From: Bdellovibrionales bacterium
GTDB lineage: Bacteria; Bdellovibrionota; Bdellovibrionia; Bdellovibrionales; UBA1609
DNA length: 64,000 nt
NCBI GenBank assembly: GCA_014323935.1
Contig: JACOND010000005.1
Coordinates: 17,428-81,427 of the forward strand
Reading direction: 5' to 3'
The notes beneath the pieces are model-generated. The model searched no databases. It worked only from the letters and a program-made list of their open reading frames with translations, and was not told where the DNA came from. Below are positions 35,430 through 45,800 of this stretch, one piece after another. Positions within the stretch are counted from its first letter, which is position 1. Every line of letters starts with the position of its first letter. The position numbers were made by a program, and so were the translations under genes.

Positions 35430-36537
35430 AGCTATACATAGTTCACAAAGTCCTGATTCTCAAACAGGAGCTGTTGTAACTCCTATTGTTACAAGCACAA
35501 CTTTTAGAATTAAAGAACCAGGAAAACCTGTAGAATATGACTATTCTAGGGTCTCTACTCCTACAAGGAAAACTCTAGAAAACTGTATGGCAGACTTAGA
35601 AAAAGGGTCTTATTGTTTCGCTTTAGCTTCAGGTTGTTCGGCCCTACATATTGTATCTCAGCTTTTAAAACCAGGAGATTTCGTTCTTATGGAAGAAGAT
35701 TCTTATGGAGGGAGTTTAAGACTTTTAGAGCATTTAAAAAAAGTTCAAGGAATTCAAGTAAAACTTATAGATTTTTCTAATTTAGAACAGTTGAAAAAAG
35801 AACTTCATTTTAAAGTTAAAATGATTTTTTTAGAAAGTCCTACAAATCCTCTTCTCAAAATTATTGACATTCCAGCAATTGCAAAGCAGAAAGCTTCAGA
35901 GAGTTTATTGGTTGTTGATAATACTTTTTCGAGTCCTTATTTTCAAAATCCTTTAGATTTAGGAGCTGATATTGTTATTCATTCTGCAACGAAATATATA
36001 GGAGGACATAGTGATTGTTTAGCAGGTCTTTTAATTTCTAATAGATTAGATTTAAAGGAATCCTTTACTTTTTTTAATAAAACGATAGGTTCTGTTTTAT
36101 CCCCTTTTGATTCTTATTTGTTACTTAGAAGCTTAAAAACTTTAGCTTTAAGGATGGAAAGACATCATGAAAATGCTTTAGAGTTAGCTCATTTTCTAGA
36201 AAAGCAAGCTCAAGTCGATCAGGTTTTTTATCCTGGGTTAAAATCTCATAAAGGACATGAAATAGCTAAGAAACAAATGAGAGGCTTTGGAGGAGTTTTA
36301 AGTTTTATTATTAAAGGAAAGCAAAAACAAGCTTTATCTTTTTTAAAACAATTAAAGATTTTTACTTTAGCAGAAAGTTTAGGAGCTGTTGAATCTTTAG
36401 CAGAACATCCTTTAACTATGACTCATGGAGCTTATGGAAGTTCTTCTGTTACAGAGAGCTTGATTCGTCTCAGTGTAGGGCTTGAAGATATTGAAGATCT
36501 TATTCAAGATGTTCAACAGGCTTTTTCCTGTCTTTGA
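35413..36537 (+). CDS. Cys/Met-metabolism PLP-dependent enzyme (cystathionine gamma-lyase/gamma-synthase/beta-lyase family)
   Basis: True start MKFQTKAIH at 35413; the track ORF starts earlier at 35335. PLP-lysine motif SATKYIGGHSD and the C-terminal LIRLSVGLEDIEDLI block. Overlaps the upstream ORF by 17 nt. Confidence 0.85.
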   Translation: MKFQTKAIHSSQSPDSQTGAVVTPIVTSTTFRIKEPGKPVEYDYSRVSTPTRKTLENCMADLEKGSYCFALASGCSALHIVSQLLKPGDFVLMEEDSYGGSLRLLEHLKKVQGIQVKLIDFSNLEQLKKELHFKVKMIFLESPTNPLLKIIDIPAIAKQKASESLLVVDNTFSSPYFQNPLDLGADIVIHSATKYIGGHSDCLAGLLISNRLDLKESFTFFNKTIGSVLSPFDSYLLLRSLKTLALRMERHHENALELAHFLEKQAQVDQVFYPGLKSHKGHEIAKKQMRGFGGVLSFIIKGKQKQALSFLKQLKIFTLAESLGAVESLAEHPLTMTHGAYGSSSVTESLIRLSVGLEDIEDLIQDVQQAFSCL

Positions 36538-36648
36538 TTAGAAAAATCTTGAATTAAAATAGCTTTATCTAGTGCTATTTTAAAGTGAAAGGAGTTGATT
36601 TTAAAATTGTAAAGCTTAACAAGCTATGATAATTTTTATAAATCTTTT

Positions 36649-36724
36649 GGCTCGGTAGCTCAGTCGGTAGAGCAGAAGACTGAAAATCTTTGTGTCGGCG
36701 GTTCAATTCCGTCCCGAGCCACCA
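36649..36724 (+). tRNA. tRNA-Phe (anticodon GAA), CCA encoded
   Basis: GGCTCGG acceptor stem pairs with CCGAGCC. D-arm AGCTCAGTCGGTAGAGC. Anticodon loop CTGAAAA. T-arm GGTTCAATTCC. Close to canonical bacterial tRNA-Phe. Confidence 0.95.
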
Positions 36725-36769
36725 TTTATTTTTAATATTTCTAAACCTTTTTCCGATAATTTTGTAGAT

Positions 36770-38284
36770 ATGTTTACCGAGATTTATAAATTTCCTCTCT
36801 TTAAAAAATTTAGAGCTATTCTTTCTAATTATTTTAATATAGATCTTTTAATTGTTGTTCAAAAAGACAATAAGTTTTTTTACGAAAAATCAAAAAAAGT
36901 AGCTAATCCCGTTGTTAAAATTTTGTTACAATCTTCTGTTTTTAGAAATCATTTTTTTAGTTCTTTTTCTAACCTAAAAAAATCTTTGAAAGAATTTAAA
37001 GAGATTAAAAATACTTTTTGGAAACAAACAGGACTTGATTTATGGGTTATTCCCTTATCTTTTGATAAAAACTCCGTAAATTCTTATAAATTTTATTTAG
37101 TAGCCGTTGGTTTTCCTCCTAAAAATAAGAAGAAACTAAAACAAGCTTTTTCTTACTTAGGTTTATCAGAAAAAGAGTCTCAAAAAAAGATTCAAGATTT
37201 AAATAAGTTAAATCATTTAAATCTCGTTTATATTCAAGAGATGTTAAAAATCTTATCAGAAGAATTTTTCTCATCTGTTAATCCTTTTTCTAAGAAAAAA
37301 GATGGTTTAGAAAAAAAACATCTCCATACTTATGGTTTTATGAGAGGCTGCTCTCCAGCGATGCAGTATGTTTTTAATGTTTTAAAGAAATTAAAAAATT
37401 ATGATGGTTATGTTTTAATAGAAGGGGAAAGAGGTACGGGTAAAAGACTTTTAGCTAAAACGATTCATCAAGAATCTCTAAGAGCTCATAAATCTTTTCA
37501 AGTTCAAAATTTTTCTGTTTTTCATGGAAGTTTTTTAGAATCCACTCTTTTTTTTAATCATTCAGAAGATTCAAAAGCTTTTAGACATAAAAAATCTTTA
37601 GCTCAAAAATTAGAAGGAGGAACTTTATTGTTAAATGAGATAGGTAAAACAAGTTTAGAGTTTCAAAAAAATCTTTTAAGATTTTTAAAATCTTCTCAGC
37701 TCTTTCGACAGGGAGAGTTAAAAAATAAAAAATATAATGTTCGTATTATTAGTACAACCAGTGATGATTTAAGGGAGCTGGTAAAAAAAGGAGAGTTTAT
37801 TGATAGCTTATACTTTGCTATCAGTGCTATGAGTATTAATATCCCTCCGTTAAGATATAGAAAAATGGATATCCCTGTTTTAGTAGATTATTTTATCAAT
37901 CAAAAAAGTCCTCATAAATATATTAAATTTTCAAAAGAAGCCTTTAAACTCTTACATGAATACCCTTGGCCAGGTAATATTTTTGAGCTAGAAGCTGAAG
38001 TTGAAAAAGCTATTTCTTTTATGAAAAAAGATCAAACTTTTTTAACAGAAAAGGATTTATCTCCTCATATCAGGAATTTTTCAGAAAGATTAGATGGGGT
38101 TTATGATAGCTATAAGAACAGTAATTTAAAAGATGTTTTAGATAATGTGGAAAAACAAGTTATATTTGAATGTTTGAGAAGAAACAATTGGAATAAAAGC
38201 CGTGTTGCTAAGATTTTAGGTATCAGTCGAACCTCTCTTATTTTTAAAACAAAAGAATATGGCTTATTTAAGGAAGGTGCTTAG
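36770..38284 (+). CDS. sigma-54 activator (bEBP/NtrC-family AAA+)-like regulator with degenerate catalytic and sigma-54-contact motifs
   Basis: Start moved to the ATG at 36770 because the track ORF begins inside tRNA-Phe. Walker A GERGTGKR. Walker B is LLLNE rather than hhhhDE. The GAFTGA loop is replaced by SKAFRHKK. C-terminal Fis-type HTH NWNKSRVAKILGISRTSL. Confidence 0.75.
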   Translation: MFTEIYKFPLFKKFRAILSNYFNIDLLIVVQKDNKFFYEKSKKVANPVVKILLQSSVFRNHFFSSFSNLKKSLKEFKEIKNTFWKQTGLDLWVIPLSFDKNSVNSYKFYLVAVGFPPKNKKKLKQAFSYLGLSEKESQKKIQDLNKLNHLNLVYIQEMLKILSEEFFSSVNPFSKKKDGLEKKHLHTYGFMRGCSPAMQYVFNVLKKLKNYDGYVLIEGERGTGKRLLAKTIHQESLRAHKSFQVQNFSVFHGSFLESTLFFNHSEDSKAFRHKKSLAQKLEGGTLLLNEIGKTSLEFQKNLLRFLKSSQLFRQGELKNKKYNVRIISTTSDDLRELVKKGEFIDSLYFAISAMSINIPPLRYRKMDIPVLVDYFINQKSPHKYIKFSKEAFKLLHEYPWPGNIFELEAEVEKAISFMKKDQTFLTEKDLSPHIRNFSERLDGVYDSYKNSNLKDVLDNVEKQVIFECLRRNNWNKSRVAKILGISRTSLIFKTKEYGLFKEGA

Positions 38285-38921
38285 ATTTTTTAGCATCTTC
38301 TAAGAATTTTTTAAGTCCTATATCTGTTAAGGGATGTTGAATCAGTTGATTAAAGACCTTAAAAGGAAGAGTGGATATAGGAATTCCAGCTTGAGCTAAA
38401 GTGAAGATATGTTTTGAATGGCGAATGCTGGCTCCTAAAATTTGTGATTTGTATTGATATTCTTTCATCAGTTTATGACATTGAGATGCGATTTCACATC
38501 CCTCATGTCCTATATCATCGAGGCGACCTACAAACACAGAAATGTAAGTGGCTCCTGCTTTTGCAGCCAGTAAGGCTTGATTGGGACTGAAACATAAAGT
38601 GACATTGGTTGCTATGTTTTCAGCATGGAGTTTTTTGACGGCTTTTAGTCCTTCCGCAATAAGAGGAATTTTAACGACAACAGAAGGGTGAATTTTAGCG
38701 AGTTCCTTTGCTTCTTTATATATCTTTTCTGAACTCACAGAAAGCACTTCTGCTGAAACAGGTTTATCTTTTAGTAAATTACAAATCTCTAAAATTAATT
38801 CTTTATGAGAATAATTTGTTTGTGCTACTAAAGAGGGGTTGGTTGTTACGCCATCAATTAAATTCCATTTCTGAGCTTTTTTTATTTCATCGATATGGGC
38901 TGTATCTAAAAAAAAATTCAT
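38268..38921 (-). CDS. tal: transaldolase / fructose-6-phosphate aldolase (short TalC/Fsa type)
   Basis: 217 aa. FFLDTAHIDEIKK, GVTTNPSL and the Schiff-base lysine context VVVKIP. Confidence 0.85.
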   Translation of the reverse strand: MNFFLDTAHIDEIKKAQKWNLIDGVTTNPSLVAQTNYSHKELILEICNLLKDKPVSAEVLSVSSEKIYKEAKELAKIHPSVVVKIPLIAEGLKAVKKLHAENIATNVTLCFSPNQALLAAKAGATYISVFVGRLDDIGHEGCEIASQCHKLMKEYQYKSQILGASIRHSKHIFTLAQAGIPISTLPFKVFNQLIQHPLTDIGLKKFLEDAKKSKHLP

Positions 38922-38976
38922 AGGATTGTTAATAGCTTTTTTTTTAAATTAGGTCAATTATAAAAGAAAACATGTC

Positions 38977-39675
38977 TTAAAAAGGCTTTATTTTATTGTA
39001 TTTTGAATAAAGATCTTTTAAATCATAAAATCCTTTTTTTTTATTGATAATAAAATGTAAGGCTTTTAAAGCTCCTTTAGAAAAGACTTCACGGTTTAAA
39101 GCTTCATGTTCTATTCTTAAAATCTCTTCTTGCATTTTGATTGTGATTCGATGAGTTCCTATTTTTTTATCTTTACGATAACTTTTGATTTTGAGTTTCT
39201 TTTGTAAAAAATTAGGGAGATTGCTTTTAAGTCTTAAAGCTGTTCCACTTGGTTTGTCTTTTTTATCTTTATGGTGAAAATCTTCCAGAAGAATTTGTTT
39301 CACATCAGGGAGGCTTTGTAACCATTGACTAAATAAATAAATCCCTGCACTCATGTTTTCGCTATAAAAGACAGGTATAATTTTAGATGCTTTTTTTAAC
39401 TCTTGTTTTTGTTTTAAATTTAAAGCTGTTGTTCCACTGACAAAAGCTTTTTTGTTTTGAAGAGTCCATTTCAATCCCTCAGAACATAACTCAGGAGCTG
39501 AAAAGTCAATCACTCCTTGAATTTTTTTAGGGTCCCACTTTGAAAAGCAGGATATTTTATGAGCTTTTTCTGTGAGCTTAAAAAAAGGAGAGGGTTTTAT
39601 CAGCTTTTGTAAGCTTTGTCCCATTTTTCCACTGTAACCAATAAGAGCTGTTTTTATTGGAATTTTAGATTTCAT
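38977..39675 (-). CDS. dapB: 4-hydroxy-tetrahydrodipicolinate reductase
   Basis: 232 aa. N-terminal Rossmann ALIGYSGKMGQ and the DapB signature EDFHHKDKKDKPSGTAL (E.HH..K.D.PSGTA). Confidence 0.8.
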   Translation of the reverse strand: MKSKIPIKTALIGYSGKMGQSLQKLIKPSPFFKLTEKAHKISCFSKWDPKKIQGVIDFSAPELCSEGLKWTLQNKKAFVSGTTALNLKQKQELKKASKIIPVFYSENMSAGIYLFSQWLQSLPDVKQILLEDFHHKDKKDKPSGTALRLKSNLPNFLQKKLKIKSYRKDKKIGTHRITIKMQEEILRIEHEALNREVFSKGALKALHFIINKKKGFYDLKDLYSKYNKIKPF

Positions 39676-39801
39676 TATGTAAATAAATATTCAAAAAGGC
39701 TTTAAGAAGCAAGTTTTTTCAATTGTTTTAAAGATTTTCTTGAATAAAGGTTTAAAAAAATAATATATAAAGAAAAATAACAGATAAAAAAAGAGAGTTG
39801 T

Positions 39802-41088
39802 ATGGTTCCTATAAAAAATTTAAGTCAGTTTGAAGGGCAGGAGTTAAGCTTAAAAGCTTGGGTCTTTCAGTTTCGTTCGAGTGGGAAGATTGCTTTTTTA
39901 AATCTAAGAGATGGTACGGGGGAATGTCAGGTGATTTTAAATCAAACGACAACAAAGGGCTTTGAATTCTTTTCTGATATTTCTTTGGAATGTTTAGTAA
40001 AGGTTTGTGGGAGGGTAAAAAAATGGAAGGGGCATTTTGAAATAGAAGCTAGGGAATTAAAAATTTTATCTAGCAGTCACAATTATCCTATTGCTAAAAA
40101 ATCTCATGGAATTGATTTTCTTTTAAATCAAAGACATCTTTGGTTGAGATCAAAAAGACAAAAGGCTCTTTTAAAAATTCGAAGTGAACTCATATACAAA
40201 ATCCATGAATTTTTTCATGAAAAAGATTTTATACAAGTGTCAGCTCCTATTTTAATGCCAACAGCAAGTGAAGGGACTTCGGATTTGTTTTCTGTTGATT
40301 TTTTTGACGAAAAAAAAGTTTTTTTAACTCAAACAGGACAATTACATATGGAAGCTGCAAGTGCTAGCCTGTCTAAAGTGTATTGTTTAGGTCCTACTTT
40401 TAGAGCAGAAAAATCTAGTACCCGTAAACATCTTTTAGAGTTTTGGATGTTAGAGCCGGAGATGGCTTTTTATGATTATAAAAAGGCTATGGATTTGGCA
40501 GAAGAAATAATCATTTTTTTAATTCAAAGTATTTTAAACAGTCATTCTAAAGAGCTGGAATTCTTAGAAAGAGATATAAAGAAATTAGAAAAGTTATCAA
40601 AACCTTTTCCTAGAATTACTTATAAAGAGGCTTGCTCTCTTCTTAAAAAGCAATCAGCTACTTTTGAACCTGGTAAAGACTTAGGGGCTAAAGATGAGAT
40701 GAATTTGAGTCAATTTTTTGATAAACCTCTTTTTATTCACCATTACCCTAAAAATATTAAAGCTTTTTATATGAAGGAGGATTCTGAAGATTCAAGCTTA
40801 TCTTTAAGTTTTGATTTATTAGCAGGAGAAGGGTATGGAGAAGTTGTTGGAGGAAGTCAAAGGGAGGATAATTTAGATCTGTTGTTAAAAAAAATAAAAG
40901 AACATAATTTAGAGAAAAAATATTTTGATTGGTATATAGATTTAAGACGTTATGGGAGCTTTGAACATTCTGGGTTTGGTTTAGGTTTAGAGAGATTGAT
41001 TCGTTGGATTTGTGGTTTAGATCATGTCAGAGAAGCTATTCCTTTTCCAAGGTTATACGGTCGGTCTTTTTTTGAAGATAAAGCTTAG
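39802..41088 (+). CDS. asnS: asparagine--tRNA ligase
   Basis: 428 aa class IIb aaRS. OB-fold N-terminus, motif 2 region GPTFRAEKSSTRKHLLEFWMLEPEMAF (AsnRS-typical) and motif 3 GFGLGLERL. Confidence 0.9.
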   Translation: MVPIKNLSQFEGQELSLKAWVFQFRSSGKIAFLNLRDGTGECQVILNQTTTKGFEFFSDISLECLVKVCGRVKKWKGHFEIEARELKILSSSHNYPIAKKSHGIDFLLNQRHLWLRSKRQKALLKIRSELIYKIHEFFHEKDFIQVSAPILMPTASEGTSDLFSVDFFDEKKVFLTQTGQLHMEAASASLSKVYCLGPTFRAEKSSTRKHLLEFWMLEPEMAFYDYKKAMDLAEEIIIFLIQSILNSHSKELEFLERDIKKLEKLSKPFPRITYKEACSLLKKQSATFEPGKDLGAKDEMNLSQFFDKPLFIHHYPKNIKAFYMKEDSEDSSLSLSFDLLAGEGYGEVVGGSQREDNLDLLLKKIKEHNLEKKYFDWYIDLRRYGSFEHSGFGLGLERLIRWICGLDHVREAIPFPRLYGRSFFEDKA

Positions 41089-41108
41089 GATATCTTAAAA
41101 TAGTATTT

Positions 41109-41372
41109 ATGAAAAAATTAAACACAGTCAGTCTTATTTTATTTAAAGCTTTTTTAAGTTTTTGCTTAGCTTATGTTTTATCTTTTATTGGAAAGGAACT
41201 TATCTCTTATGGTTCTTTTTCTTTTGTTTTCATATTTATTTCTGTTTACTTTGGTTTCTTTTATTTTTTAAAACCTTATAAATTCAAAGGGGTTTTTATG
41301 GTAAGTTTAATTCTAATTGGTATTGCTTTTTTTCTAAGATTTTACGTGATAATGGCGTATTCTACAAATTAG
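41109..41372 (+). CDS. small hypothetical membrane protein
   Basis: 87 aa with three hydrophobic helices. No domain recognised. Confidence 0.4.
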   Translation: MKKLNTVSLILFKAFLSFCLAYVLSFIGKELISYGSFSFVFIFISVYFGFFYFLKPYKFKGVFMVSLILIGIAFFLRFYVIMAYSTN

Positions 41373-41450
41373 CCAGATAAAAAAACTTTACTTAAAATCT
41401 AAACTATATTACAAAACGAGTGAAACGATTTGAGTCTTAGATATTTTTTA

Positions 41451-41540
41451 GGAGAGGTGGCAGAGCGGTTGATTGCACCGGTCTTGAAAACCGGCAGACC
41501 TTTACGGGTCTCGGGGGTTCAAATCCCTCCCTCTCCGCCA
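41451..41540 (+). tRNA. tRNA-Ser (anticodon UGA), long variable arm, CCA encoded
   Basis: Acceptor GGAGAGG/CCTCTCC. Anticodon stem CCGGT/ACCGG with loop CTTGAAA (TGA). Extended variable arm CAGACCTTTACGGGTCTC. T-arm GGTTCAAATCC. Confidence 0.95.
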
Positions 41541-41558
41541 ATTTTAAAATAACTAACT

Positions 41559-42528
41559 ATGAGAAACATAAAGTCCAACTTAAAATTTATTGATTTTTGT
41601 GCTGGAATAGGTGCTGGAAGAATTGGTTTGGAATCTCTAGAGATGAAGTGTGTTGGTTTTTCTGAAATTGATAAAAACTCTGAAAAAACATATAGAGATT
41701 TTTTTGGTTTTGATGAAAATAAATTTTGAAGACTTACCAGATTTTAATCTCATGATTGCAGGTTTTCCATGTCAAACTTTTTCTATCCTTGGAAAGAGAT
41801 AAGGGATGAAAGAGAATCGGGGTCAAATTATTTATGGCTTGATAAAGATAATGAAAGCAGTAAATCTGAAATATTTTAGAGAATGTGAAAGGGCTTTTAA
41901 ATCATGGTGGTGGTTTCTCAATGAAGCTTAATCTTAAAGGAATTGGATAAAGCGGGTTATAAAGTATTTTGGAAATTAACAAACAGTTTATATCATGGCG
42001 TTCCGCAAATGAGGGAGAGAATTTATTTTGTTGGAGTAAGAAAAGATTTAGTAAGAAATGAAAGTGTTTTTCAATTTCCAAAAGAAATTAAAAAACCAGA
42101 TCTGAGTAAATACCTAGTAAATACTGAGGAATTGGAACTGAATGAGAAGAAAACCAGCTATGAGACTTTTTTAAGATATTTAAAAAATAAATATAATAAA
42201 AATAAATTTTCAATAGAAAAATTATTAGAAGAAGATTTTTTAGTCATAGATACACGTCAATCTGATTTGAGGTTATATCGTGACAAGGTTCCTAAGCTAA
42301 GAACAGGAAGACATGGGATTTTGTATGTAAGAGATGGAAAATTTAGAAAACTATCTGGCGATGAGGCTTTATCTTTGCAAGGATTTCCTGAAGAATTGAG
42401 AGAAAAAGTAAAAGGTAAAATTGTAGACATGTATTTTAGGGAAGGCAGGAAATGCCATGACGGTAAATGTGGTTAGAGCTTTTGGAGAAAGCCTTTTAAA
42501 TTTTATAAAAAAACAAGCTGAAAAGTAA
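41559..42528 (+). pseudogene. dcm: DNA (cytosine-5) methyltransferase gene, multiply frameshifted/nonsense-interrupted
   Basis: All C5-MTase motifs are present but spread over three frames. Motif I DFCAGIGAG, IV GFPCQTFS, VI LENVKGL, VIII GVPQMRERIYFVG, X AGNAMTVNVV. In-frame stops follow DENKF and ILGKR. Starts 18 nt after tRNA-Ser. Confidence 0.8.
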
Positions 42529-42890
42529 AGATTTAGTAAAGTTAAAAACTACTAAAAGTGGTTTTAAAAAGTTAGACTGCAAGTTGTAATCAAATTAAAA
42601 CCTTGAGAATATCTAAAAATTTACAATTAAAACTTGTGAGCTTATTATAAGAGGTAGTTCTTTTGTCTTCAATGATACTGCTACTCTTTTTTGTCTTGAC
42701 CTAAGTTCTAGAAAAAGAATCAAGTGAAAAGAAAAAAATATTTTTTTAGAAAATGAAAAATTTAAATTTCAATCTGAAAAAGGATAGAATATTTAAGTAA
42801 AGATTTTCTTTTAAATTTTTGTAAAACATGTTTTTTCTCTCTAAAGATTTTTATTGAATTACTTTATATAAGGAAGATATAATTTTATTT

Positions 42891-45800
42891 ATGTCTCAAG
42901 AATTTGAAAAAAAGATTTTTGAAATAGGTTCTGAGCTTTTAAAAGAGAGCAAAAATCAAGATCAACTTTTTTTTAAAAAGAATTGGTGGTATCAAAAAAT
43001 TCTTTCTTGGACCATGAAGAATCAAAAATTAAAAACAAGTTTATTTCGTTTTATAGATGTTCTTCCCAACCTTTCTAATGATAAGCAATTTTTATCTCAT
43101 TGGAAAGAGTATTTTAAAGATCAGGATTTGAGTTTTATTACATCTGGTTTAAGTCACTTAGTTCCCTCTCTGATGGTTCAAACTCTTCGTAAACAAATCA
43201 CTCAAGTCGCTCAAATGTTTATTACAGGTTCTAACGTGGAGACAGCTTTAAAGGTCATTTCCCAAAATTGGGAAAAAGGTTTAGCTTTTTCTTTTGATAT
43301 TTTAGAGGAAGAAACTTTATCCGAAAAAGAAGCTGAAATTTATTTTCAAAGCTATCTTTCAGTTATGAATCAGTTGAAAGTTGCTCAAAAAAATTGGTCT
43401 TATAAAAAAACATTACAACAAGACTCTTCAGGAGATATCCCAAAAGTTAATATTTCTGTAAAAATAAGTGCTTTATTTTCTCAGATAAAAGTTTCTGCTT
43501 GGGAGTATTCTAAAATACAAATTAAAAACAGACTTCGTCTTTTATTTCGAAAAGCCGTTCAAGATTTTTCATTCATCAATTTAGATATGGAATATTATCA
43601 TTATAAAGATTTGTATTTAGAAATTTTTAAAGAGCTTTTAATGGAAGAGGAATTTAAGAATTATCCTCATTTTGGAATAGTTGTTCAAGCTTACCTTAAA
43701 GACAGTTTAAAAGACTTACAGGAATTAATTCATTTTTGTAAAATGAGAAAACAAAAGATTACAATTCGTTTGGTTAAAGGAGCTTATTGGGATTCAGAGT
43801 ATCTTTTGGCTAGAAGAGAAAATTGGTTGATTCCTGTCTTCACACAAAAAGTAGAAACAGATATTAATTTTGAAAAGGCTTTAGTTTTACTTTTTAAAGA
43901 ATGTGAGCATGTAAAAATTGCAGTAGGTTCTCATAACATTCGATCAATTGCTTATGCCTTAACTCTTTATGAAAAATATCCTCAAGCTCAAATAGAATTT
44001 CAGCTCCTTTATGGAATGGCAGAAGGTTTAACTGCCTCTTTAAGTCAAAGAGGTTTTTTAACCCGTCTGTATTGCACAGTAGGAGAATTAATACCTGGAA
44101 TGTCTTATTTGGTGAGGCGACTTTTAGAAAACAGTTCGAATCAATCTTTTATTTTAAATTCATTGATGAAAAAAGAATCTCCTGAAAAACTTTTATCAGC
44201 TCCTTGTTTAAAAGAGTCTAGTAAAAGAAGAGTAAAACCAACAGAAAAATTGCAATATGAAGGTTTTGAGAAAGCTTTATCTTTTCAAACTAAGGGTTAT
44301 TTTTCAAATTTTCCGGTTCCTGATTTTAGTAAAAAACAAAACAGAGATTCTTTTAGAAAATCTTTAAAAGAATGGAAGATACAGTTTCCTCTAGAAGTTC
44401 CTATACTTTTAGGTTCTAAACGTCTGAAATCTTCTGAGATTTTCAAAAGAGAAAATCCTAATCAAACAGAACAAATGATCTCAAATACTTTTTTTGCAGA
44501 TAAAGATATTGTTTCAAAAGCTGTTGAAAAATGTCACAATTTTTTTCCTAAATGGAAAACAAGTCCTACCTCTCAAAGGGTGACTTGTTTGCAAAAAGTA
44601 GCTCAAATTATGAAAAAGAATTTTTTTAATTTAGCAAGTCTGCAAGTCTACGAAGTAGGTAAAACATGGGAGGAAGCTTGCGGAGACGTTGCAGAAGCTA
44701 TAGATTTTTGTTCCTATTATGCTTTGTCTTATGAAAGACTTGCTACTCCTCAATTAACTGATGAAGTTTCAGGAGAAGAAAGTTTTTTAAGTTATGAGGC
44801 AATAGGTTGCGTTGCTGTGATAGCTCCTTGGAATTTTCCTTTAGCGATTTTAACTGGTATGACAGTTGCTCCTTTAGTTTGTGGAAATACTGTTTTAATT
44901 AAGCCCGCAGAGCAAAGTTCTTTAACAGCTTATGAATTTGTAAAGATTTTATTAAAGGCAGGTTTTCCTTCTGAAAGTTTTGCTTTTTTACCAGGAAAAG
45001 GAGAAGAGGTTGGAAAAGCTTTAGTAGAGCATCCTAAAATTTCTATTATTTCTTTTACAGGGTCCTTTGAAGTCGGGGAGCAGATCATGAAAAAAGCAGG
45101 TTCTATTTTACAGGGACAGGAAAATATAAAAAGATGTGTTTTAGAAATGGGTGGAAAAAATGCTATTGTTGTCGATAGTTCTGCTGATTTAGATTTAGCA
45201 ATTAAAGGGATTCTTCAATCTTCTTTTGTTTTTCAAGGACAAAAATGCTCAGCTTGTAGTCGTATTGTTATTTTAGAAGATATTTATGATCGTTTTATGA
45301 AAAGATTTATTCCAGCCTTAGAAAGTTTAATTATAGGTTCTTCTGAAAATCCAGAGACAACTTTAGGCTCTGTTGTTGATAGAAAAGCTTATGAAAGAAT
45401 ACAAAATTTTATAAAGCGACAAGAAAAATTTTCTGAAAATAATAACAAATCAAGCTTAAAGCAAAGACTCCTTTATAAAGATATTGATAAGGACTTTATT
45501 AAAAAATCTTATTTTATTTCTCCTGTTTTGTATTTAACTTCAGATAGAGATTCAGAGTTAATGCAAAAAGAGTTATTTGCTCCTATTGTAGCTTGTTTTA
45601 AAGTTAAGACTTTAAAAGAGGCTATTCAGATTGTAAATCACAGTTCTTTTGGTTTAACAGCAGGAATTTATTCTCGTCATCCAAGGCATATTGAAGAATT
45701 TCAGTCTTTTGTTTCTGTAGGAAATCTTTATGTTAATAGAACATGCACGGGAGCTATAGTAAAAAGACATCCCTTTGGTGGTAGAAAAATGTCAGGTTTA

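Noticed and set aside
36692-36769. Track ORF start (GTG 36692) for the EBP-like gene
   Set aside because: It begins inside tRNA-Phe (36649-36724). The first ATG after the tRNA (36770) is the sensible start.
42529-42890. Direct repeat of the tRNA-Ser 3' end marking an island boundary
   Set aside because: I scanned by eye for GGTTCAAATCCCTCCCTCTCC-like sequence downstream of the dcm pseudogene and found none.
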